DNA of 63,884 nt, counting the filler, from Dugesia japonica (taxonomy: Eukaryota), in assembly GCA_001938525.1 (NCBI GenBank). It is 6 parts of 6 records of this genome, joined end to end, with 100 filler letters (N's around TTAATTAATTAA, not from the genome) between each part and the next. Parts side by side here need not be neighbours in the genome. Positions count along the whole stretch, not along the records: positions 32,679 to 44,404 come from MQRL01615187.1; positions 44,505 to 54,373 come from MQRL01629039.1; 4 more parts are not named here. The stretch is one strand, 5' to 3'. Shown piece by piece: positions 38,820 through 51,515 of the stretch (within the stretch, counting starts at the first letter, position 1; the number at the start of each line of letters is the position of its first letter). The position numbers were made by a program, and so were the translations under genes. The notes beneath the pieces were generated by a model, which was given only the letters and a program-made list of their open reading frames with translations, ran no database searches and had not been told where the DNA came from.

Positions 38820-39325
38820 TAAAGACATTGCGTGTCTCAATAGACCACGCTACATATGATAGACAGTTCTTGATTTAAGCCAATTACGAATGTACCAGTT
38901 TTAATACATCTAGCTGGAGAAGTATAGAAAACAAGAAAATGGCAAGATAGGAACAATATCTGGAAATACAGATAGCTTTCTTCTCAAAGTTATGAACATT
39001 ATGTTGGACAACTTATTGCCATTGATGGTAAAAGATGGACTATTAGATATATTAAATTACTCACCCAAGCCACAATTTTTACAAAATGGAACTCAATTCA
39101 GTGGTAGGAAAGTTTAAGGGTTAAAATAAAGGATGGAAATATAAAAAATTGGATTTCCTCAGATTGAAGTGTTAAAGTCTACTTAGCGAGAAGGAATTAA
39201 TGAAGACTAAGGGCATTACATTAAAAGATACGGACATAATCCACCAGTCGTATCTTGATTGTTACAATAACAATCAACTGGTGTCAGTGAAACAATGTAG
39301 AGTAGGAACAAAAAATCACATTTAT
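38820..39325 (+). pseudogene. Lineage B pPolB C-terminal fragment
   Basis: CLNRPRYI..VLDLS, GNTDSF (degenerate motif C) and KTKGITLKDTDIIHQSYLDCY, closely matching the 19190 ORF. Confidence 0.75.
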
Positions 39326-39499
39326 ATCTTTTTCTTGCTAAGGTTTCTTGGAATGGTACACAAATATCAATATAAATACTCTGAAATGGTTCATGCCTTA
39401 AATTTTATAGTTTCCTCTTTTGTTCTAACTATTGTTACTTTGTTCATTTGACCCGCTGTACATTCTTTAATTACTTTTGACACAGTTTCTCTTAAATCT

Positions 39500-40035
39500 T
39501 TTGCTTAATTTGATGAATTTAATGAAAGTAATGTCATTTTTGAGTATTTGATGTATTTTTGGTTATTTTTTCGGTATTTTGATCAGGGAAGTGTTGTTTT
39601 GTAAGATTTTTGACCTGAAAAGAGGGGAGTCTTGATATTTTTTAAAACTTTTTTTGGCGGGAAATTAAAAAAAATATTTTGGCGGGAAATTCAAAAAAAT
39701 ATTTTTGGCGGGAAATTCAAAAAAAATTATTTTTGGCGGGAAATTAAAAACAATTATTTTTGGCGGGAAATTCAAAAAACAATATTTTGATTGGAAATTT
39801 TTCATTGCAATGGGGGGAAATCTTTTTATTATAATTAAATTAAATTAATTTAATTTAATTTAATTAAATTACTTTTGTAAGAGATATTTTGCAAGGATGA
39901 AGGAGTCCCTATATTTTACATGGTATGAGGGAGTCTAAAATTCATACGCGCGTGATTTTCAGTGTATGTGTGTTGTATCTGAGTTGCATACCTATTGCAT
40001 TTATTAATAAAAATTCATAGTCACGTGATTTTTAA
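39500..40035. repeat. Polinton lineage B terminal repeat (inner part, with E2F array)
   Basis: Direct homolog of 18245-18690; its first ~140 bp are inverted relative to 41410-41520. Confidence 0.8.
39652..39776. promoter_or_regulatory. Five tandem TTTGGCGGGAAATT(C/A)AAA E2F/CHR-like motifs
   Basis: GGCGG cores at 39656, 39681, 39707, 39735 and 39762. Two more copies at 18403 and 18428. Confidence 0.6.
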
Positions 40036-40069
40036 TGTTTTTTAACTTTAATAAACAATATACTAAATT

Positions 40070-40705
40070 ATGAGTAAATTTAAAAAAAAGAAGATTAAAA
40101 GATTAAGAAATGAAGCAGTCTATCAAATTGTTATACCTAATGGTAGCGGGAAAACTTTGTTTGCATGTCAATTATTGAAATTAACGTTATTCAATTCTAA
40201 ATTTAAAAACATATACTGTCATAGAGGTGCAGATGAGGAGCATGGTCTGACTTAATCTGAATTTGTAATATTAAAATGAAAATTATAAATGGTTTTGATT
40301 CTAATTAGAGCAAAAGATTAAGACCAGGTGATGCCATTGTTGTTCATAATCTGTATCAGGAGGCAAATAAAGAAAAAGATTTCAATAATTTATTCACAAA
40401 GATATCAAGACATCGTAATGTGACTGTTATATTTATTACACAAAATCTATTTCATCAAGGAGGTAGTCATATAACACGCAATTTAAATGTACAATATTTG
40501 GTTCTATTCAAAATTTCTAGAGATCAAACTGTTGTTGATTTTCTAGCAAGACAAGCATATCCAAATAACAGACAATTTCTTATTGAATCATTTCAAGATG
40601 CAACAGAAACACCACATGGATATCTATTTCTGGACACAACAATGTCCAGATGATTATAGGGTGAGAACAGATATATTCAACCATAATGGTATCAAAGTAT
40701 ATAAA
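40070..40705 (+). pseudogene. Polinton A32-like packaging ATPase
   Basis: Walker A PNGSGKT; LFTKISRHRNVTVIFITQNLF..YLVLFK..RD..LARQ..DAT..PHGYLFLD. Frameshifted. Confidence 0.9.
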
Positions 40706-40998
40706 CANNNNNNNNNNNNNNNNNNNNNNNNNNNNNNNNNNNNNNNNNNNNNNNNNNNNNNNNNNNNNNNNNNNNNNNNNNNNNNNNNNNNNNNNNNNNN
40801 NNNNNNNNNNNNNNNNNNNNNNNNNNNNNAAGTCTCACAAGAAACAATCTCATAAGAAAACGAATGCAAATAAGAAAAACCAATTGAATAAGTTTAAAAA
40901 ACTAGCAAAAAGCACTGGAAAGAAACTGGAATTTATGAATGGAAAATGGATATCATTTTATAAACAATTAACTGGTATGTCTTTGTTATTGAAATAAA

Positions 40999-41310
40999 AT
41001 GAAATTAGAAAGAAGTATTCCGTTTTTTACTGCTTTGATTAAATCATCAAAATTAATGAGAATTAGAATTTTTGAATCGTTTCCACCATATGTTATGGAT
41101 GATTTACTTGAAAGTATTGTAAATATTGTTCGTGGTAATGTAAATTTGAGCGAAGCTAAAAAGGAAACATTGAAAAAACATTAAAAAACCTTACTATTGC
41201 TTGTAAATACTAAAAAAAGGAGATTGATGAGGAAAGTAATACGGAATAATCAAGGTGGTGGATTTATCGCAGCATTACTACCAATTGCATTAGCAGTATT
41301 AGGCTTAACT
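40999..41310 (+). pseudogene. Polinton PW-like small protein
   Basis: ESIVNIVRGNVNLS..K..LKKH*K.L..NQGGGFIAALLP, ending in a protease-site-like QxGG and hydrophobic tail. Confidence 0.7.
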
Positions 41311-41409
41311 CATTTCAAATAAACAATTGAAGCTTTTGGTCAATACATTAATAAACAATAGGCGGATTGCAATCATTACCTAATTTTGACTTAAAATTTG
41401 GATTGAATA

Positions 41410-42385
41410 GGAGGAGTCAAAAATCTTACAAAACAAAACTTCCCTGATCAAAATACCGAAAAATAACCAAAAATACTCAAAAATGACATTACTTTCATTA
41501 AATTCATCAAATTAAGCAATATACAGCATTTTTTACCAAATTAAATATTTCAAAAATTTATGGCATCATAACCAACCGACAGAAAAATTTCAAATAAATC
41601 TTTTAAAATCCGATAATTAATTCTCTTTTCAGACATACCAACCTCCACCTCACGAAAAAGTTTTTTAACACACTTATACTACTTACAAAATAAACCAATC
41701 AAAATCAAGCCTTAAAAATAAAACATCAAAGCACATTCGACAATTAACATCTTTACCATCACATTACCTCTCCAACAAGCTATCAACCAAAAAAATTCCA
41801 TCAACAACATAAAAACCTACAACCCAAACAAAAACCACCCACGATAACTCATCCGCCTGTGCCCGTGTGCCACTACCCTTGTAGTGAAAACCATCCATCC
41901 AAACTCATAAGTCCTTTAGACAATATATAGACCAAATTTTTGTCCAACAACAAATAAATATTTAAAATCCCAAAACAATTATCTCCAAGATCTCCAGCTA
42001 CTCCTCCTCGTTTTTCCAGTCTTTTACACACACACACACANNNNNNNNNNNNNNNNNNNNNNNNNNNNNNNNNNNNNNNNNNNNNNNNNNACACACACAC
42101 ACACAAACACAACTTGACCTACTTTTTAAAGACCATCTTAACAACCCAAACACACAGTAAATTTAAAATTTTAAAATACACACACACTTTTTTTTATCCT
42201 AAAAATCTTAGAAAGAAAAAATGATCACAAAAATCATGGTTAAAAAACGCAGTTCAAGCGTAATGTGTTTCCTAGCCCCCTTCCGGATAGGGAGGGGGAG
42301 GGGGGCTCGATAATTGCTTAAAAATAATTGTGCCCGAATTTTGGCTCATTGCCAAATTGTGCCCGTGTGCCACTATCTATCTACT
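41410..42385. repeat. Polinton lineage B terminal repeat, outer part with true terminus
   Basis: Ends ...GCCACTATCTATCTACT. The 18-mer TGTGCCCGTGTGCCACTA is duplicated at about 41858 and 42358. Contains (CA)n. Confidence 0.8.
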
Positions 42386-42869
42386 GATATGTCCAAAAAA
42401 TTTGACTTCTAATCACAATAAATTACATTTTTCCGGATTAATTCTCAACCCTGATTCTTGAATTCTTATATAAACTTGGTTATAATATATATAAATATTA
42501 ATATTATTACATGTTTTTTGATTAAAGTAAAAAAATATGAAGAATAATTCATAGTATTCAACCAAATAATCTGAGAAATTTTTAATAAAATATTTTTAAA
42601 ATATCGATTTTAATTCTACAAAATATTTATACTTTACATATATTTTTAATTATTTTTCTACATAATTTCTTTAAAATAAATTATGCTTTTATTATTTTCC
42701 TAATATAATATATAGAAATTATTGAAATGAAATATTTTATATTTTAAAGATCTGTTAAGTACATATTTTACAATAATATTTGAATGTTTCAAAAAAAGAA
42801 ATTTTAATGTAATATACATAAAAATTAAAAATTTTCCCAGATATTTAAAATCTATGAATCACTCTGACA

Positions 42870-42884
42870 ATTATTATTATTATG

Positions 42885-42937
<53 letters not shown>

Positions 42938-43010
42938 NNNNNNNNNNNNNNNNNNNNNNNNNNNNNNNNNNNNNNNNNNNNNNNNNNNNNNNNNNNNNNN
43001 NNNNNNNNNN

Positions 43011-43078
<68 letters not shown>

Positions 43079-43408
43079 TATATTCTCTATTAATCAAAAT
43101 CAGTTTCAAAATGTACTATCAACTCAATGATGATTTCACTGATTCAGTTTCTTGCTATCTCTTTAATTGCATCTAATTGCTTCATTTACATTAACATTTC
43201 ATAAATAGATTTAATAATTTTATTTCTGTAATGTAACTTGATACCTGATGATTGATTTTCCCGGAAAGAATCGTGTCCATCAATTTTCAATTACACCATA
43301 TAAAATTAAGATTTATTATTATCATGCATTTTACTATGAAGCATGCTACTAAATGGATTTAAATGTTAATTATTTATATCCCATTTATTTCTTTATTATT
43401 TACTATTA

Positions 43409-43470
<62 letters not shown>

Positions 43471-43520
43471 NNNNNNNNNNNNNNNNNNNNNNNNNNNNNN
43501 NNNNNNNNNNNNNNNNNNNN

Positions 43521-43568
<48 letters not shown>

Positions 43569-43590
43569 CATTATTATTATTATTATTATT
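42870..43590. repeat. (ATT)n microsatellites
   Basis: Long TAT/ATT runs around gaps; also at 38674-38732 and 50326-50360. Confidence 0.95.
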
Positions 43591-44348
43591 TTAAATTTTA
43601 TTTAGTTTATTGATTATTTAATTTCTGATTGTTTTTTTTTCAAAAAAATATTTCAAACAGTTGAAAATTATTTTAACAATTGTGTTCATAAATAATTAAA
43701 TAAATGTTTTTGTTTTCATTTAAATGTGATGAATGCAAATTTACAAGAGAAAGTTTACTATATCTATTTTTTAAAATTGGTCAAATAATGATTTATTTAA
43801 ATTTGTTTCAGAAGATTAATTTTTGGATTTTCCCTAATAACTTTGCTTGAAAAATTCATTATTTTCTATGATCACCAATTAGATGTTTTTTGAAAAATCT
43901 GAATCTCTTTATTCATTTAATTTATTATAATTTTAATTAAGATAAATAATTAATTAACTAATTATTTATTTTTTTAATTCATTCAATAAAATTTTTTTAT
44001 ATTTTTAATATGAAATATATTTTTNNNNNNNAAAAAAAATGCTTGTATTTAAAAATCATTCAACGTTTCTCTCGACATCCGGTTGCTTGTATTTATAAAT
44101 GCAAACAATTAATAAAAAATTGAGAACAAATTTCCAAACCATTTTAATTGAAATTCCTCCTAATAACTTTCCTTTGGAAAAATTTGTTATAAATAGTATA
44201 GTTTTACTATTAACTTACATATTTCATTGATTTTTCTCTCTATTCAAAAAAGGTTAATTTTTTTATAATTATTAAAAATAATGTTTTAAAAACTAAAAAA
44301 TATTCATAATTATTTTAAATAAATAATTGACAACTAATTTTTAAAATA

Positions 44349-44399
44349 TTTATTTGCGATCAATTTCGACAGAATAACCGTCTTCGTCAGGCAATTAAA
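44349..44399 (-). ncRNA. Minimal type I hammerhead ribozyme motif
   Basis: ttgc-CTGACGA-a-GAC(ggttattct)GTC-GAAA-TTGA-TC-gcaa-ataaa. Confidence 0.7.
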
Positions 44400-44639
44400 G
44401 AATANNNNNNNNNNNNNNNNNNNNNNNNNNNNNNNNNNNNNNNNNNNNTTAATTAATTAANNNNNNNNNNNNNNNNNNNNNNNNNNNNNNNNNNNNNNNN
44501 NNNNACTTATTTATTTTTTATTAAACATTTGCCATCGTTTCTGGAATATTTATTTAAATTGTTTATTATTCTTTCACGATTTAGATTTCTTTCATTTACA
44601 TTTTGTTTACATATCATCAACTGAAATACTAATAATTTT

Positions 44640-45545
44640 TTCTTTTGTTTGAGTTGTCTGTGTTTTTCTTAATTGGGAATTTTTACAACTTTGATTAACC
44701 GCTTTTACCATTTCTTCTAGAACTTCCATATCATAATTTTATCTTATATGATCTACCATTTTTTGAAATCCTACATAGCATGATGATTCGTGTTCATTTC
44801 TTACAAACAATTGTCTGTATTCTTAAGGAATCCAAATTTTATTATTATTTGTCATTATGATACCATTTGAAAACTTAAATTTTAAATTCATTTCACTATT
44901 TTTTAAATTACCTTTTATAATATTAATTTCTTCAGAGTTTTCTTGTCATTTATTACCATTTGTTTTAGGTTCAATTGCTAAGATTTTTGCTTTCATTTCA
45001 CCTATTTTCGCATTCTCATGATTTATTTGACATTGAATACATGTTTCGCCATTATTCATCGACATTGCGTCAGCATTTAAATGACATTCAACTTTTCTGT
45101 ATTCCATAATTATATCCAAACTACTTAAATAATTGATCCATGTCTGGCATTGTGAAGTAATCGGTCTATTGTATTAATCATAAAAGTAATGGCTTTGTGA
45201 TCAGTTCGATGTTTAAATTTTTTACCGTATAAATAGTGTTTATAATGTTCCGTAAAATAATATATTGCTAGAAGCTCTTTTCTGGTTATGTAATAACCTA
45301 ATTCATGCTTACTCATTGCTTTTGATCCATAAGCTATAACCCGTTAATTGACTTGTTCATCTAACTGTGATAATACTCCACCAATTGTGTCAAAGCTTGC
45401 ATCTGTATCTAATATGAATTCTTAAAATAAATATGGATAAATAAGCATAGGAGCCTTTATTAATTCTCGTTTCAAAGCCTCAAAACATTTTCCATTTTTC
45501 TGGAATGTTTTTTATTTTTCTGGACTATTTTGAACGATTTCCTAA
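44640..45545 (-). pseudogene. Ty3/Gypsy RNase H and integrase N-terminal remnant
   Basis: FILDTDASFDTIGGVLSQ..VIAYGSKAM..KELLAI..GKKFKHRTDHKAI. Confidence 0.88.
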
Positions 45546-48500
45546 AGTTCCCAGAGATGCATTTTTTATTAAAATAAATAATGTTTCCGTCCTAATTATT
45601 CGGTATATGCAGCACAAAATAAGGAATAGACGTAGAACCAAAAAATATGTTCAACTTGATGAGGCAATTCAACGCATAAAATCAATATTTTCTGAGTTCC
45701 GCAAAATGAAAACATCTGATTATAATATTTTTCACAAATTATTTTCAGAACTTTATTTCTACATTGTCACATCAAATTCGGATAAATATAATTTATTCTG
45801 ATGAAGAAGTTACAAATAGAAACAACAAAAGCAATTTACATTGAACTAATTCTTTTTACTTATGAATAAATATAAATAAATATTTATTTATTTCAAATAA
45901 AAAATGATATTTTTATGAATTATATATTTGATTTTTTTCAATTATTTGACAGGAAATGTTTAGTTAGAAAAATATCAAATCTATTTATAAATCTAACAAT
46001 AAATATTTTAAAGAAAACCTAACGAAATCGCACATAAAAAACGTAAATGAGAATGTTTATTCCTAATTTATAATATTATTTTATAAATCTGGTAAAATTT
46101 CAAATATTCAATAAGAAATTTACTTTCTAATATTTCTGAGGATATTTTAAATATTTAATAGTTAATCTGAATTTGATTGGGATAAATATTAACCAATAAG
46201 AATAGAGTAAATTTGTTTTTATTAGAATATCAATTATGTTTATATTATTTTTGTTTTATAAAGTTATCTTGGAACTTTGTGTAAAATTAATAACTTTGTT
46301 TTTGAAAAAGAGGATTTTCCTAATAATATTAAAAAGAGAAATTATTCTAAAAACAAAAATTATCATAAAAACTAAATATTTGAATATTATAATATTCTGT
46401 TTTATAAGAATTATTGTAAAAAAAATAAATATTAAATATATATTTTAGATTTAAATATCGATTACAAATTTTAAAATTATTAATAAAAAACTGGAATTAT
46501 TCATAGATTCTAAATAATATTTATGAGATTTACAAAACTCCAAAATAAATATAGAAATGATACTATAGAAGAGCAATAATTCTTTTAAACTAAATAATTT
46601 TTTTATCATAGAATAACATTTTTGATGTAGTTTTGCGTAACATTTTTCGTGCTTGGTTAAAACTTGTAGAAAATCTCAATTTTCCTTAAAATAAATGATT
46701 TCCACATTTTCTTCACGTCTTGAAATATCCAAATAATTAAAGTTAGTCGATAATCAAACATCGTTCAACTGGCGAATAACAAAGATGAACTCTTTCAATG
46801 ATAAATAATTTATACCCACAGTTACATTGGAAATCACGGTTAATACGTTATCTATTTAGATCATTACTTACTAATACAAAATTATGTTTTATCTGTATTA
46901 AAATGTTGCTCAATTCATAAAATAATTTTATTTTTTTAAGAGATAATTTCCCTAATCATATTTTTTTTAATTTCTTATCATATATAAGTTTGATTTTAGA
47001 CAGTAAATTTTTTTATAGTTCGACCAAAGTTGTTGACGAAAATAGTTTAATAAATAAATAATGTTATGTTTAATTATGTTTAAATAAATAATAAGTTAAC
47101 TTCATGTAATAAAGTTAGAAAATTTAATTGAAAAAAGTTTTTGATTATAAAAATTTATAAAATGAATAATTTCCAAAATTTAATTAAGAATATTTTTAAA
47201 TAATTTCGGTCAGAATTAAATAAAAATATTAGGTTGTTTTAAAAATTTTTTAAAAAAATAAAATTGAAATTGTTGTGTTTTTGTTGTTGTCTTAAATAAA
47301 TCTTATAATGAACAGTGTTGTAAAGTTTGTAAATGAATATCTTTTTCTGAAGAATATTAAAAGACACTATATTTGTGTTTGCTAAATATACCTGATGAAT
47401 AATGTTGAAATTATTCAAATTACAATAATTCATAATTGTTGATTACTACGACAGTTTCTTTTAAAAAAATAATATTAATTAGGAATTTGATCAATAATAG
47501 ATGAGGAACTTTGAAATAGTTTTCTTTCCTGGACCATATCTTTCTTTAAGTAGAGATAGAATTAATTTCCTTTCAGTACATTTCAAGATTTTCTCTGGCT
47601 TTCTTCTTAATTGTATATCTTTTACATTATTACAATAAGAATATTTTCAAAATCCTAATTTTGTTAATTTGTTTTTAAAATTAATTTGTACGATTTTACA
47701 TTCTTTTATTTATATCCATATTTATTGTGTTCGGTAGATCTGGCACTCTCCATTTTTGTTAATATTCTACTAATAATATCATAGAATTACAATTAATATA
47801 TATTGTCATATCTTTATTAACAATTAGATGTAATTGTTGGATTCAAAAATATTTAGATAGTTCTGGAAGATTTACAAAATGAATTACTTCTTATTCGAAT
47901 TACTTCTTTATGATTATTCTTTAATCTCTGCACCATCTCCTTCTTCCTTCTCATTTTCAGCATGAATTCCAAATTACACCTTACAATTTTCAAATTTCCT
48001 AACTTCTTCCTCAAATCGATTTATGATATTTTCCAATACTTGAACGCTTTTCAATTCCATATCCTTGACCTTGAATTGCCGACTAATGTAGACTCCATTA
48101 AAATCAGATTTCCGAATGAAATCATCAACAACTGTTGTGATTCTTCTCATCTTCCTCTTCCTTTCGTCATAATGATTATTCGAAATAAATCTTCTTTTTT
48201 CCATATTTATTTTTCTAACAGATTGTTGTTCATCACCAATTTGTTTATAGCAAATTAATGATGAATCAATCAATCAGCTAATACTAAAATCCTTTCCGCT
48301 ATTACATTTAAATAATGGTTGTTGCTCATCACGTGGTGATTAATCAATCAACCTGGCTATGCTAAATTATATTTTTCCTTAACTCCTAAAATATTTTCAA
48401 TTGAATGAGACAGATTAGCCTGTTTAATAGATGGACTATTAAACTTTACTAAATAATGCCTGTTATTATTACAATCGTTATGTTTATTTATGTTATTAAT

Positions 48501-48929
48501 TTCCATTTCGAAATTCTGAAACATAATAAATTATTAAACACATTGTACGATATGTTCAAAATTTAATTTATTAAGTAAATAATTTTTATATAGATTGAAA
48601 TTTCAAAATAGACAATACCCATTTGTAAACGGTATGTATTTTTTAAATAATATTTTAAATTATTTGTTTAAATGTTTTGAAAAATAAAAAAATGCATGCT
48701 TTTAATTACTATTATTTACACGTAAATAATTATCTTTATTGTCTTTTTTAAAAAAAATTAAATTAAAATAAATTAAATTAAATAAAATTTTTATTCGTTT
48801 CAAAAATAAAAAGGAATTAAAACGAAATCCATTTTATTCATTGACAAAAAAAACACATCAGAAATTTATAAATATTAATTGTCAAATGTTCATCATTTCT
48901 TTCTACTCTACAAATTTTAATTTCATCGA

Positions 48930-49975
48930 TATGAGAGATTTGAGTCACTAACCCTTGAGAGGGGCTCCCTCCTCCGAAGAGAGGTATTGAACTTAAGGAA
49001 TTCTACAGGAGTTCCCCAGATAGAGTAATCTCAACTGCTTTACCCACTTATGTCACCTCACCACCCTTTGTGAGGATGGTCCTTTGACCTCTCGATCCCA
49101 CAGCAGTCCAGGTCAAGAATGACCATTTATGGTCTCTTGTTTCATGGTCCAGCATTCCTTTTCTACTGTTAGTTATTTTTTTACATCACCTATATGGACA
49201 TTTGAATGGTGGGCCTCGTAGTTATGGTTTCAGTTTTTATTGGTTGTTGTTTATTCGGATTGCTTTGTTATTGTACTTGTAAGTTCGTTGGTATTATTTA
49301 GTGATGTTGGCGTTTCTTGTCTTGTAAGATTAACATTAACATTTTCTGTTGTTTCGTTCTCGTTGTTCTCAGTGTGGCAGGGTTTCTCGTGTTTTTCTAG
49401 CCAGTCTTTTGTGTTGTATGTGGCGTAGCAATCTGTATATTTGCAGGTAAATTTTAGCTCTTTCTTATTTCTTTCGTCGTTATTAGACTTCATGTGTTTG
49501 CTAATCTCATTCTTTTCTTTTACTTTAAAGTTGCATTTTTGACAGATCTCGTCTTTTTTTTTTTGCTTTTTAAGCTCTTTTGAGGTTTCCTTTGCCTTCT
49601 TTTCTTTTTCGTTGATGTTATCAGTTTTTAGTATTTCCTTTGAATTTTCAATGTGTTTCTTTTTTTCTTTCCTCTTCCGCTTTTCTCAGTCCTTAGATTT
49701 AATACTTCCTTGTGGTTTTGGTATCATCTCGCCATAATTGTTTTCAGGAACCACTCGTCTATTTGATCGACAATTGATTTTTTCTATTCTGTGTTTTCTT
49801 GCTTTATAGATTACGGTGTTCGGATTGCAGGCCCATAAACACCGGGTTTGCCGAGATTCGCTAGTCATAATGGCTTTCACCATTACTTTCCCCGTCTCCA
49901 CACATGTAGTAAAAACTACAGTATGCTCCGGTAGGTTATTCCTTCCCTGTGGTAATCCTTGAGTAATTTCTTTGA
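48930..49975 (-). mobile_element. Unclassified element: zinc-finger ORF between two structured GC-richer segments
   Basis: CQKC..H and CKYTDC..HEKPCH fingers at 49560-49380, with hairpin-rich flanks. Confidence 0.35.
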
Positions 49976-50325
49976 AGCCAAATATATTTAATATGATAAT
50001 GATAATTATTTTCTCAATGATAATTACTTTCTTTAGCAAATCAATTTCCAAACCAAAATATAGCTTTGATTCTTTAAATTTATCCTTATGTTCAAAGTTT
50101 TTCTAATAATTTAAATAATAATAATAAATTATGTAATTATTGTTATTATNNNNNNNNNNNNNNNNNNNNNNNNNNNNNNNNNNNNNNNNNNNNNNNNNNN
50201 NNNNNNNNNNNNNNNNNNNNNNNNNNNNNNNNNNNNNNNNNNNNNNNNNNNNNNNNNNNNNNNNNNNNNNNNNNNNNNNNNNNNNNNNNNNNNNNNNNNN
50301 NNNNNNNNNNNNNNNNNNNNNNNNN

Positions 50326-50360
<35 letters not shown>

Positions 50361-50789
50361 ATTAATAATATTATTATCCGTATTTAGTAATAGTAATATT
50401 AACATACTTCAAACCAGATAATAAAAAATAACAATTCGATTGCTATTAAATAAAATTCAAAAATGTAACTAATCAATAAAGTTCTATCTCAAATTTCTTT
50501 GAATATGTAACAGAAATGAAACATAATAACGATATCTTGTTGGACATCGAGAAAAATAATTGCTTCATTTGATACATTAATTATTAATGTAATAAATGTA
50601 TTAATAATTTAAATTATAATAAATAATATTTTTTAAAGCGTTAATGTATATCAATAAAATAGTATGACTATTATTTATTTGTTAATAAATCCAATGTAAG
50701 ATTATAATACTTATGCTTACAATTTTGATGATCGTTATGTTCAAAATATAAAATAAAATATGCAAGCTTAAATAATAATTATAGATATA

Positions 50790-51515
50790 TTTGGACATGT
50801 GTTGATGTATTTAGTCGATTTGCATGTGCGATTTCTGTAAAACAGAAATATGGCAAAGATATTATTTGATTTGAGGAAAATGTTCAAAGAGGTTCACCCA
50901 AAAGCTATTCAGACCGATTTGGTTAAAGAGCTTTACAATACCCAGGTTAGATCATTACTGAAACAATATAATATACGGCACTATTCAGTATTTTCTCAGA
51001 ACAAGGTTTCTTTAGTTGAGCGGTTTAATTGAACCTTACGCACACGATTAAACAAGTTCTTTATCAAACAAGGTAACAAAAAGTAGAAACATGTTTTACC
51101 AAAAATTATTTATGTATACAACCATTCTGAGCATAGGGGTATTGGAAGAGGAAAGGCACCAGTTGATGCTACATATAATGATGATCATACACATTACTTC
51201 ATAAAGATTAAACCAAAACCAAAATATACAATTGCTCAACATGTACGCAGTTTTTTAATTGGTAATTAGTCTTTCAAATAGTAAAAATCAACACGAGACA
51301 GTCAACAGTCATGTATGTAATACGTGATGAAGATGATAATATCATTCAAGGAAAGTTTTATGAACAAGAATTGCTAGTGTTGCCGAAAAACCAAATATTT
51401 ATCAAATCAAATCAATTCTCAAAACCAAACGACAAGGACAATATAAGCAATATCTTGTTGATTGTCATGGGTATTCAAAGCCAACGTGGATTCGAGCATC
51501 TCAAATACAAGAATG
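50790..51515 (+). pseudogene. Polinton integrase with C-terminal chromodomain-like region (lineage B-like)
   Basis: CVDVFSRFA, IQTDL.KE.YN, SLVERFN, YNHSEHR, IIQGKFYEQEL and YLVDCHGYSKPTWI. Confidence 0.85.

Noticed and set aside
17855-42385. Inverted terminal repeats bounding a single ~24-kb Polinton that captured SRSF1
   Set aside because: The two repeats lie on different scaffolds, separated by two artificial spacers.
42852-43613. Poly-I/Y/L/N ORFs
   Set aside because: These are translations of (ATT)n microsatellites and N gaps.
45795-45830. CTGATGA...GAAAC as a hammerhead
   Set aside because: No pairing for stem II or stem I.
49940-49975. QGLPQG as an RT motif, and an HDV-like ribozyme nearby
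   Set aside because: No downstream YADD or other RT motifs, and no P3/L3 pyrimidine loop fitting the HDV fold.
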